Shown here: piece by piece, positions 1 to 7,451 of the stretch
Position numbering within the stretch: position 1 is the first letter of the stretch
How the letters are laid out: each line of letters begins with the position of its first letter
Virus record (IMG/VR): IMGVR_UViG_3300033067_000841
Span: 1 to 49,373 of that record
Length of the DNA stretch: 49,373 bases
Strand: one strand, 5' to 3'
Source of the DNA: a virus
Taxonomy: Duplodnaviria; Caudoviricetes
Notes under the pieces: model-generated
What the model was told of the DNA's origin: nothing
Databases searched by the model: none
What the model saw: the letters and a program-made list of their open reading frames with translations, nothing else
Position numbers and translations under genes: made by a program

Positions 1-1442
1 AGGACGCCGTTCATGTACCGAATTCCACGCTGCTGCGTGTTGTTCCAGCCGAGACTTCCGTGCGACCCAAGCTGCGCACCATCGACGATGATACGGGTCG
101 CGTCCGAGCCGGTCGTCTTCACATGCAAGCCGCTCTGCACGGAGTAGAGACCACCACGCAGGATGACCGTGTGCGGACCGGAGATGTGGTCCAGCGGATG
201 CGTCATGTAGTCGCCAGCGTCATACGCCGAGAAGTAGAAGTTATCCAGCGTCAGGTCGCGGGAACTGATATCGCCAATTCGGTAGATGCCTTCGCCGTAC
301 GAGTCGCGGATAGTGATCGATCCCGACCAGCCACCGTTGTTATGGCTGAACATCTGGTAGCCATACGACGCATGGATGTTTTCATACGATCCATGCATGT
401 TCGCATTCTGCGTCGTGCCGCCCTGGTTGCTGATCGCCGTGTGGAACGACTTGATGTCGAAGTCACGGAAGGCGACGTTGCGGCACTGGCTGTGGCCGAT
501 GTTCAGGCCGATGGGGCATCCGTTGATGGTCCCACGCTCGAACCGGACGAACTCGCCGTTTCCGTCGCCATGGACGCGACCGTACCCGACAACGAAATTC
601 CGAATGGATACGTCTTCAAGAAGAATATCCGAGGACCCGCCCGTCCCGTTACTTGTCGTGCCCCCGCCGAAATAGGACGGGAGGATGCGGCTCGGATAAG
701 CCGCTGCCGACGTAGAGTTGGAATAGGGATCGATTGCGATACCTATGTTGACAGCCCCACCGCCAAGCCAGTTGACGGTCGGAAGCGCAGGGTCCTTGAA
801 CGTTGCGATGTCCCACACGTTCGCGCTGTTTAGGAACGCGCTGTTGCTCGTGCAATAGGAGTAGCCACCATTGAAAGTGATGCCACGGATCTCGGTCATC
901 ACCCCTTTGTTGATCGCGACACCAACGTCGTTCGTGTAGCTGAACTGGAGCGTCGTCCCGTTCATGCCGTTGCCGGAGGGGTCGTACTGCTGACCCTCAC
1001 CGATCAGGCGAACGGACGTGTAGCCGTTACCGTTCAGGTTGCCTGGGCCTGTAGCCATCGAACCGTAACCGAGCTGCAGAGGATGATTGCAGTCGAACAG
1101 TCCAGCTGGGATATGGAGCGTCCTGGCCGTATTCTTTCGACTCGCGCTACCAAGCGCGCCGTAACTCAGAAAATCGACAGCCGTCTGCAGCAGAACCCAA
1201 TCGACCTTGTCCGTCCCGCTCTGAACGATGGGATAGACAGCCTGGACCGCCGCAAGGTTGGCGAAGACGCCATCGGAGATCCAGTTGGAAACCCTATAGC
1301 CGGTGCCGTTCCCGAACCCGTCGAAACGGCTCGACGTGGTCAGTGCAGCAAAATCGGCAAGGTGCATGCCGAACTTGTTGACGGCTCGTAGCGCCTTGGC
1401 GTTCGCGTCTGAGACGCTAATGGCTGTGATTAAGGTGCTCAT
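1..1442 (-). CDS. Tailspike / beta-helix receptor-binding protein, N-terminal part (runs off left edge)
   Basis: Manual translation from ATG at 1442 (MSTLITAISVSDANAK...) is open to base 1, so the ORF track missed it. It contains 'LLQTAVDF...RTLHIPAGLF...SVRLIGEG', typical of pectate-lyase-like tailspike starts, and is G/N/S/T-rich. It probably continues as the ORF ending at 48940. Confidence 0.75.
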   Translation of the reverse strand, partial: MSTLITAISVSDANAKALRAVNKFGMHLADFAALTTSSRFDGFGNGTGYRVSNWISDGVFANLAAVQAVYPIVQSGTDKVDWVLLQTAVDFLSYGALGSASRKNTARTLHIPAGLFDCNHPLQLGYGSMATGPGNLNGNGYTSVRLIGEGQQYDPSGNGMNGTTLQFSYTNDVGVAINKGVMTEIRGITFNGGYSYCTSNSAFLNSANVWDIATFKDPALPTVNWLGGGAVNIGIAIDPYSNSTSAAAYPSRILPSYFGGGTTSNGTGGSSDILLEDVSIRNFVVGYGRVHGDGNGEFVRFERGTINGCPIGLNIGHSQCRNVAFRDFDIKSFHTAISNQGGTTQNANMHGSYENIHASYGYQMFSHNNGGWSGSITIRDSYGEGIYRIGDISSRDLTLDNFYFSAYDAGDYMTHPLDHISGPHTVILRGGLYSVQSGLHVKTTGSDATRIIVDGAQLGSHGSLGWNNTQQRGIRYMNGV

Positions 1443-1445
1443 GCG

Positions 1446-2069
1446 TCAGCCCCAGGCTGAGAAGCCGGAGGGAACGGCGCCGGTAAACGCAGACCCGCCG
1501 AGATTGATCGTGCAGTTTCCTGATTCGGTGTTCTCGGCGTAGATCGTCGCGCCCCAGCTAGTCGGTGAGGCTCCTGAAAAATCGAGGCCGTTCGTGCCCG
1601 CTGCCGGGTCAGCGCCCGTGGATGACCCAATCCAGCCACCGGCACCCGTCACGTCGCGTGCCCATGCCAGTTTGGCTGTGAGGTCGAATGCCAGCGCACC
1701 AATGTGGTTTGCTGCGGCGAGAGAGCCAGCACTGACCGCGCCGCCAAACGAATAGAACAGTCGCCCGTCTCTGACGATCCCTACAGATGTACTGTCGCCG
1801 CCAAGAAGTGCGCCAGGAGGAGACGTTCCCTGCCCGGTGATGCCAACGCACTGGCTGACGCTTGCCGAGACAGTGCCGAATGAGAATTCGAAATAATACT
1901 TTCCGCTGGACCGAAGCGTCAGCGACCGAACCATAGACCTCGCCGCAGCGAACGTTGCTGTCTTGTCCCCGTTCGACAGGGTCATGTTCGTATTGTCGGC
2001 CGGGTTCAGCGTATAGCCTGCGGCTGGTGGAGCTGCTCCGTAGATCGCAAAGGTCTGGTGGATGAACAT
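1446..2069 (-). CDS. SPRY/concanavalin-like beta-sandwich virion protein
   Basis: 'LSNGDKTA...SSGKYYFEF...CVGI...IGALAFDLTAKLAW...INLGGSAF...VPSGFSAW' matches the SPRY/B30.2-like pattern of phage fibre proteins. Confidence 0.65.
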   Translation of the reverse strand: MFIHQTFAIYGAAPPAAGYTLNPADNTNMTLSNGDKTATFAAARSMVRSLTLRSSGKYYFEFSFGTVSASVSQCVGITGQGTSPPGALLGGDSTSVGIVRDGRLFYSFGGAVSAGSLAAANHIGALAFDLTAKLAWARDVTGAGGWIGSSTGADPAAGTNGLDFSGASPTSWGATIYAENTESGNCTINLGGSAFTGAVPSGFSAWG

Positions 2070-2518
2070 TAGGTGAGACCTGTCCCACTAATGATCCACT
2101 TGGTGCTCGTAATCTTTAGAGCGGTGGCAATGCCATTGGCTGCCAGGGTTCTTGACCCGGTCGTGCCCGCGCTTGCGAGGACCATCGTGTCGGTCGTGAT
2201 CGCGATCGTGACCGTGTTGACCTCGTTCACGAACGTGACAGCCGTCCCGACGGGATAGGCCACCGACCCGTTGGCCGGGATCGTGAACGTCCTGTTGTTG
2301 GTGTCTGCCGCTGGATGCAGGATGTGCTTGCCAGCATCAGCCAGGACAAGGGTGTAGTCAGCCGACTTGCTGTTTTGCGGACAGCCGTATTGAGCCGCTC
2401 TAAGAGAAATGTCATCAATAGTTGACTTCACCGTAGAACCGCCCTGGACGGCTGGTACAACTTCTGTACCCGCTAGGGCTGTTCCTGCACTAAGTGCTGA
2501 AATTTTGGTATCTGCCAT
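2069..2518 (-). CDS. Short fibre protein (paralogue of 2845-3495)
   Basis: N-terminal 'MADTKISALSAGTALAGTE' and C-terminal 'YTLVLADAGKHI...TIPANGSVAYPVGT...WIISGTGLT' domain. Confidence 0.65.
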   Translation of the reverse strand: MADTKISALSAGTALAGTEVVPAVQGGSTVKSTIDDISLRAAQYGCPQNSKSADYTLVLADAGKHILHPAADTNNRTFTIPANGSVAYPVGTAVTFVNEVNTVTIAITTDTMVLASAGTTGSRTLAANGIATALKITSTKWIISGTGLT

Positions 2519-2526
2519 ATCTCACC

Positions 2527-2844
2527 TTAAATAACTGAAAGAAATGCCTGCCCATTGACGTCGAGAAGCTCTCCGCCAAACACGTCGAGCAGTGCTGAAG
2601 TAGATACCGGAGGGCCAGGCGGATCACCGGATTCATCGAAAAGAAGAAGATCCCCGTTCTCTAGTAGTAGTCTGTCCCCTGTCTCCATCTGGAGAGCGTT
2701 GGTAGACAGAACGACAACGTCCTGGAGGAGTAGATCCCCACTCTCGAGGAGGAGCTTGTCTCCACCTTCTGTGAGGAGTGCCAGACCACTGGCTGAACTG
2801 GGATTGAATGTATTGAGGGTTAGTAGTACCGCAGCGACGGACAT
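2527..2844 (-). CDS. Virion adaptor-like protein with three LLxExGxxLL repeats
   Basis: Repeats LLTEGGDKLLLESGDLLL, LQMETGDRLLLENGDLLL and LLDVFGGELLDVNG; tightly packed in the operon. Confidence 0.55.
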   Translation of the reverse strand: MSVAAVLLTLNTFNPSSASGLALLTEGGDKLLLESGDLLLQDVVVLSTNALQMETGDRLLLENGDLLLFDESGDPPGPPVSTSALLDVFGGELLDVNGQAFLSVI

Positions 2845-3495
2845 TTAGGTCAGTCCAGCGCCGTTGATCATCCATTCGGTTGATGCGATCTTGATTGCGG
2901 TAGCAATACCGTTAGCGGTCAGGGTCCTGGAGCCCGCGGTACCAGCTCCTGCCAGGCGCATGGTGTCGGTGGTGATGGCGATCGTCAGGGTGCCTGCAGC
3001 GTTCTGGTTGATGAACGTGAGGGTGCTGCCAATGGGGAACGCTACCGAGCTGTTGGCAGGGATCGTCCAGGTCCTGGGGGTGGTGTCAGCCGATGGATGA
3101 AGAAAATGCTTGCCACCATCGCTGAGAACAAACGTATAGGCTGTATTCTTGGAGACTTGGGGGATACGTGGGTTCTCCCACGCTGGTCTGTCCGTCTGAT
3201 CTGAGATGACCAGGTTCTGGTGGATTTCACCAACAGGGATCGTCCCCATGGTGGCTCCAGAGCCGACAAGCATCGATCCTGAGCCAAGGGCTGTCAGGCC
3301 GGTACCACCGTAGAGAACACCGATGGGACTCCCTTGCCAGGTACCTGTGGTGATGGTGTCCAGGTTGGCTTTGACGTAGGTGGTGAATTGAGCGGGGGTC
3401 CAACGGTAGGCGACACTCCCGGTCATGCCTGGGAATGCTTCTGTACCTGTTAGTGCTGACCCTGCTGGTAGGGCATCAATACGTACGCCACTCAT
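2845..3495 (-). CDS. Fibre protein (paralogue of 2069-2518)
   Basis: Fibre-shaft motif 'TITTGTWQGSPIGVLYGGTG'; same N- and C-terminal domains as 2069-2518. Confidence 0.65.
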   Translation of the reverse strand: MSGVRIDALPAGSALTGTEAFPGMTGSVAYRWTPAQFTTYVKANLDTITTGTWQGSPIGVLYGGTGLTALGSGSMLVGSGATMGTIPVGEIHQNLVISDQTDRPAWENPRIPQVSKNTAYTFVLSDGGKHFLHPSADTTPRTWTIPANSSVAFPIGSTLTFINQNAAGTLTIAITTDTMRLAGAGTAGSRTLTANGIATAIKIASTEWMINGAGLT

Positions 3496-3842
3496 TCCAA
3501 AAGCAATCCTGAACCGTCTTCCATAAGAAGCTTTGAAGTACCGTCTTCCAGTAGTATCCTTGAGCCCGTAGCTAGTGATCCTGAAACAACTGATACAAAA
3601 ACTGGTCCGTTGTTTGTGGAGCTTTCCACCACGTACATGGATCCATCAGGAGCGTGGTGGCCCATGGTGGTGCTGGTGCCTACGGTGACGTAGAGAGCCC
3701 CGCAGGGATGGTAGGCGCCTACGAAGCTTGTGCCTGGGGCTACAATGACGTTTAGAGACCCGTCAGCGGCATAGAGCCCTGTCCAGGTACTCCCACTCAC
3801 GACGGTTACCCGAATGGCCCCTGAGGCCGCGTAGAGGCCCAT
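3492..3842 (-). CDS. Hypothetical virion protein with four GxYAxDGS-like repeats and a C-terminal LLxEDG motif
   Basis: ATG at 3842 overlaps the TerS stop (TAATG). Repeats GLYAASGA, GLYAADGS, GAYHPCGA, GHHAPDGS; ends ILLEDGTSKLLMEDGSGLLLE. Confidence 0.6.
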   Translation of the reverse strand: MGLYAASGAIRVTVVSGSTWTGLYAADGSLNVIVAPGTSFVGAYHPCGALYVTVGTSTTMGHHAPDGSMYVVESSTNNGPVFVSVVSGSLATGSRILLEDGTSKLLMEDGSGLLLE

Positions 3843-4372
3843 TAGTTGGTCCTCTGGAGGGTAATGCGTTCGAAGTCGTCGTCGAGCCTGGTGAGGTGCT
3901 GGGCCTGCTCCTTGGCGGCCTGGGCGATCTCCTGCTTGGAGGGTCTGCCCCGCTTGTTCTGGCCGTCCTTGGGTTCCCACCCCTTCTCAAGGAGGTACTT
4001 GTTGGCGGCGAAGCTTTCTTTTCCACTGGTCTTGCTCTCGGCCATGATTCGAGCGAGAGCTTTGCTTTTCATACGGAGCTCCAGCTCCTTACGCCACCTC
4101 TGGACGTAGGGCTGGAAGAAAGGAGACTCACAAAGCCTCTCCCAGTGGTCCCAACCATCTACGTACTTCTGGGCAAACTCCCATTCCGTAGGATCGTTGG
4201 TCTCCATATACAAACGATAGAGACTAGGGTAGCCTACGTGATCGTGGTCCTTTAGTGTGTAGACAACGTACTGCTTATCAGGCCCTGCCGTTTCAAAGAA
4301 CAGGGACCGCATAAGGCGAACGTTGTTCGCGGCGACACGAAATGGAGATGGGTTTTCTATATAGTTCGACAA
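3842..4372 (-). CDS. Putative terminase small subunit
   Basis: First gene of the structural arm; TTG start after AAGGA. 'YPSLYRLYME.NDPTEWEFA...GWDHWERL...WRKELELR...KRGRPSK' resembles the TerS of this podovirus group. Confidence 0.65.
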   Translation of the reverse strand: MSNYIENPSPFRVAANNVRLMRSLFFETAGPDKQYVVYTLKDHDHVGYPSLYRLYMETNDPTEWEFAQKYVDGWDHWERLCESPFFQPYVQRWRKELELRMKSKALARIMAESKTSGKESFAANKYLLEKGWEPKDGQNKRGRPSKQEIAQAAKEQAQHLTRLDDDFERITLQRTN

Positions 4373-4379
4373 AGACAGA

Positions 4380-4900
4380 AATGTCCTTAAGTATATCTTT
4401 AGTATTGCTAATGCAAAAATAGCTTACTAACGTAAGCTAATCATTAGAAAAGAAAGAATAGAACGACAATAACCACTAAAATAATAATACTAAAAATACT
4501 ACTACAACAAATATATATATATATTATATATAAATATATCTTAAGGAGCCTTATGCTCTACTAAAGATATACTCTCTAGTATCTTTAGATATTATATAGG
4601 AGTATGTATTGCTTTGTCAATACTTAGGGAGCCACTTTAGGGTAAACCTGGAATTTCTACGAGATAAATTTGAGGTGGAATTCAATCAAAAAGACTCACC
4701 CTACCCCCCTACATACCCCCTCTAAAGATATCGCATGTGTAGAATCATATGCTTATGCTCTAGATGAGCATAAGGGTAGAGGGTGGGTGGGTATTGCACT
4801 AGCTCTCAGCCATCCAATACGCTACACCCTAAGCATTTGCTTATGAAACTGCCAATGTAAGCTGGTATTGATATGGTATTATAATACCCTACGTTATAGT
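4380..4900. other. AT-rich, palindrome-rich divergent intergenic region; likely genome termini / packaging or origin region
   Basis: No ORFs; (TA)n run ~4511-4540; CTAAAGATA motif in both orientations (~4394, 4561, 4580, 4722); palindromes at 4421-4438, 4752-4774 and 4875-4888; lies between TerS and the early genes. Confidence 0.5.
4591..4620 (-). promoter_or_regulatory. Sigma70-type promoter for the structural arm
   Basis: Minus strand reads TTGACA-N18-TATAAT (perfect hexamers) and points at TerS. Confidence 0.8.
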
Positions 4901-4926
4901 ATTACGTAAGCAATAGCATGTGGTGC

Positions 4927-5534
4927 GTCCTTCGGACCGGGCTACTCATGAACAGAGCCACCTGAACCGGTGTCTCTGCCCTTCGGGTGAGTATCCCTCG
5001 CACAAGAGGTTAGGTGCCTTTGGCGAGCTTGTCGTTCGGTGCTCCCTTTGGTCGCAAAAGTCCATAGGCATATCGAATGCCTATGTCCTTTGGTCGTTCT
5101 CCGGTCGCACCTACGAACTCTCCCGAACGACCTCACCTAGCTCTACTACTACACAGTAGTTGCTGGCCATTCCCTTCAGGATGGCACTCAGAGCTACAGC
5201 CCTGTCAATGGCTTCGTCTCCGGTGCATATGGTCACGCCTTCGGCGTGTGGTCCTAAGCGAAAAGAAACCGCAGACGCTAGAGGCGTCTGCTACGACCGA
5301 GGTATCGGTCGTTTTCTTTTCAACTGTGGATGCAGTTCCAGAACCTGTGCGCGACTCGTAGTCCTGCATCAGTGCACCTTCAGACTCAACTGTTGTCGTC
5401 GTGCTCGGTTCTTCCACTGCCCCACAGCAGTTCCCTCCGACTCGTGAACGAAAGCCAAGTGGCTTTCGCCATTGACAGAACTGGCTCTGACCGGCCAGGC
5501 GTCCGGGAATCAGCAGCAACTGCTGTGTAGTAGT
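4927..5534 (+). ncRNA. Large structured non-coding element (candidate ncRNA or structured leader)
   Basis: Long-range stems 5145-5165/5514-5534, 5188-5195/5483-5490 and 5202-5212/5468-5478 enclose many nested hairpins; mismatches are G-U-type on the + strand. Confidence 0.65.
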
Positions 5535-5559
5535 TCGTCCCCAGCAAAAGGAGTCCAGC

Positions 5560-5682
5560 ATGTTCATGCACATCGCCCTTTACTACCTACACCAGTCGTA
5601 CGAGTGCAAGCTCTACGATCTACCAGGTGAGTATCAGTACTACTGCATTGCCATGCGTTACTACAACCGGATGGAGGGCTAA
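5560..5682 (+). CDS. Early micro-ORF 1 (40 aa, Tyr-rich)
   Basis: AAGGAG RBS then MFMHIALYYLHQSYECKLYDLPGEYQYYCIAMRYYNRMEG*. Confidence 0.65.
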   Translation: MFMHIALYYLHQSYECKLYDLPGEYQYYCIAMRYYNRMEG

Positions 5683-5684
5683 CC

Positions 5685-5822
5685 ATGCTGCGCACATACA
5701 CCTTCACGACATCCATCGGATACATCGTCATCCTCGCCTATTCACTGGCGTATGCATATCGCCAAGTGGAACAGCACTATCCAGCTGGTATCACAATCTC
5801 GAATGTGGAGATCTCGCTGTGA
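5685..5822 (+). CDS. Early micro-ORF 2 (45 aa)
   Basis: GGAGG RBS then MLRTYTFTTSIGYIVILAYSLAYAYRQVEQHYPAGITISNVEISL*. Confidence 0.6.
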   Translation: MLRTYTFTTSIGYIVILAYSLAYAYRQVEQHYPAGITISNVEISL

Positions 5823-5896
5823 TGTTCCTCGCTCTTCCTATCATCACACTGGTGATGCCCATCATCCTCTGCATCTACACACTCAGGAGAGCCTGA
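5822..5896 (+). CDS. Early micro-ORF 3 (24 aa, single hydrophobic helix)
   Basis: TGATG coupling and GGAG RBS; MFLALPIITLVMPIILCIYTLRRA*. Confidence 0.55.
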   Translation: MFLALPIITLVMPIILCIYTLRRA

Positions 5897-5897
5897 C

Positions 5898-6008
5898 ATG
5901 TACCAGCACATCGTTATGTACCATCTGTGGCATGCCAACCAGCGCAAGCCCACATATCACTTCCACGAGTACTTCGCGTACTACTACACCAAGCTCATGG
6001 AGGCCTGA
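5898..6008 (+). CDS. Early micro-ORF 4 (36 aa, Tyr/His-rich; resembles micro-ORF 1)
   Basis: AGGAG RBS; MYQHIVMYHLWHANQRKPTYHFHEYFAYYYTKLMEA*. Confidence 0.6.
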   Translation: MYQHIVMYHLWHANQRKPTYHFHEYFAYYYTKLMEA

Positions 6009-6009
6009 C

Positions 6010-6117
6010 ATGACCGATGACTTCATACTTCCTATCATCATCGCCGTTGTATTCACCCTCTGTGCTCACGCCATCTACGTGTTCATCGAGGTCTGCACTC
6101 TCGCTCTTGGAGGCTGA
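6010..6117 (+). CDS. Early micro-ORF 5 (35 aa, membrane peptide)
   Basis: GGAGG RBS; MTDDFILPIIIAVVFTLCAHAIYVFIEVCTLALGG*. Confidence 0.6.
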   Translation: MTDDFILPIIIAVVFTLCAHAIYVFIEVCTLALGG

Positions 6118-6118
6118 G

Positions 6119-6322
6119 ATGACTGTGATCCAACAACTACTGATCGATGCTCACAAGCCACTGTATCAGCACGCAACACTCGTGGCACTGGGCAACAGCT
6201 ACCACAAGTCGCTCTTCAAGTCCCGCATGGAACTTCTGAATTCTCCTGACCCAATCAAAGTTGGTGTCGGTCTCGACATCATCGAGCTTATTCTCAACGA
6301 ACTCAAGGAGAGCCAGCCATGA
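6119..6322 (+). CDS. Early hypothetical protein (67 aa)
   Basis: GGAGG RBS; MTVIQQLLIDAHKPLY...LNELKESQP*. Confidence 0.6.
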   Translation: MTVIQQLLIDAHKPLYQHATLVALGNSYHKSLFKSRMELLNSPDPIKVGVGLDIIELILNELKESQP

Positions 6323-6420
6323 TCGATGATGAGCATTACGAGATCGAGATCTTCAACCTCGCGGGTGTCCTGACTATTGTCGGACTTGCCCTCATCCTCC
6401 TCTACAACCTCTTCCGGTAA
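6319..6420 (+). CDS. Early micro-ORF (33 aa, membrane peptide)
   Basis: AAGGAG RBS and ATGA overlap; MIDDEHYEIEIFNLAGVLTIVGLALILLYNLFR*. Confidence 0.6.
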   Translation: MIDDEHYEIEIFNLAGVLTIVGLALILLYNLFR

Positions 6421-6431
6421 AGGAACAGACC

Positions 6432-6665
6432 ATGAACGGCTTCTGTCAGTGCCACTGTCCCAAGTGCGATCCAATCATCAGCGTGCGCATCACCAAGCGC
6501 ATCTCCAACCTGCACAACGCTATCAACTTCATCTGTACCGAATTGATACATGCTGAAGCTGAGCAGTCACATGCTGCAATGCAGTATCGTGCAGATAAAT
6601 ACGCTCGGGAGATTGACAACCTCCAATGTGAGCTTCAACATCACAACAATAAGAACACGTTGTAG
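6432..6665 (+). CDS. Early hypothetical protein with N-terminal CxCxCxxC and coiled coil
   Basis: AAGGA RBS; MNGFCQCHCPKCDP... Confidence 0.6.
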   Translation: MNGFCQCHCPKCDPIISVRITKRISNLHNAINFICTELIHAEAEQSHAAMQYRADKYAREIDNLQCELQHHNNKNTL

Positions 6666-6674
6666 ATGTTGTAT

Positions 6675-6762
6675 AGGTCTCCCATGTGCTCGGTTGTCAA
6701 GCGCAAGCGCTCGCGCCCCTGGCGCGCCCTGCGGGTGACAACCTGCGGCTCCTGGGAGACCT
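6675..6762. other. Cloverleaf inverted-repeat element
   Basis: AGGTCTCCCA/TGGGAGACCT and GGTTGTCA/TGACAACC stems closing three mini-hairpins. Confidence 0.6.
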
Positions 6763-6819
6763 TCCGGGGGCAAAGAAAAACAATACGAAGTTCAACATCC
6801 ACAAACAGGAACAGCAATC

Positions 6820-7410
6820 ATGGCTAAGTCCAAGACGATCCGTCAGCCTGACTCTCCGCTCGTCGAAGCTCTCCTCGTCGCGATCGAACCTTTCCTCGCT
6901 CTCGCAAACGAAGATCCTCTCCGCGTCAGCACAGCATCCACTGATACAGGGCATGAGGCCCCGGCCCTGCGAGACAAGACGTTCGCATTCCTGCTCTCGA
7001 CCTTCGCCAACAACTGCCACACACAGCTGTACGGTACGCCCTCGGCAGCTGATGGTCGGACCTTCGACAATGCCAAGACGTGGCACCAGAAGGCGAAGGA
7101 TCGCGAGAAGGACGTCATCAAGAACATCTGGGACACCGACAAGAGCGACATCGAGAACAAGCTCAACGTGGTCTCCAACTCCGACTGGCTGCGAGCCAAC
7201 CACTACGTCCGCATGAACGAGGCCAAGTGCCAGACTCTGGAGGAGCTCATCACCTCCTGTGCCATCGTCTACAAGGTCCTGACCAAGGAAGACTGGAAGC
7301 CGCGTATTCAGGCGCAGCAGCCCGTCACCAAAATCACGGCCACCGACGAGGAACAGGCACGTCTCGTCCAGCTGCTCGACAAGACCATGGGTAAGCAGGC
7401 TACCGCATAG
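6820..7410 (+). CDS. Hypothetical protein (196 aa)
   Basis: ATG with AGGA RBS and phage-like codon usage; no motif recognised. Confidence 0.75.
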   Translation: MAKSKTIRQPDSPLVEALLVAIEPFLALANEDPLRVSTASTDTGHEAPALRDKTFAFLLSTFANNCHTQLYGTPSAADGRTFDNAKTWHQKAKDREKDVIKNIWDTDKSDIENKLNVVSNSDWLRANHYVRMNEAKCQTLEELITSCAIVYKVLTKEDWKPRIQAQQPVTKITATDEEQARLVQLLDKTMGKQATA

Positions 7411-7420
7411 AGCTACACGG

Positions 7421-7451
7421 AGGACCTGAGCACGTCCTGATAAACTGCTCA
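7421..7451 (+). ncRNA. H-type pseudoknot, copy 1
   Basis: AGGAC-CUGAGCA-C-GUCCU-gau-AAAC-UGCUCA. Confidence 0.65.

Noticed and set aside
60-1391. + strand ORFs 60-833 and 1083-1391
   Set aside because: Antisense shadows of the uninterrupted - strand tailspike ORF (1-1442)
4927-5248. Apparent cUUCGg tetraloops at 4927, 4978 and 5234
   Set aside because: The best pairing register gives TTC triloops, so they were not counted as RNA tetraloop evidence
4920-5573. Several 60-120 aa ORFs over the structured element
   Set aside because: No convincing RBS, atypical composition and mutual overlap; better explained by GC-rich stems
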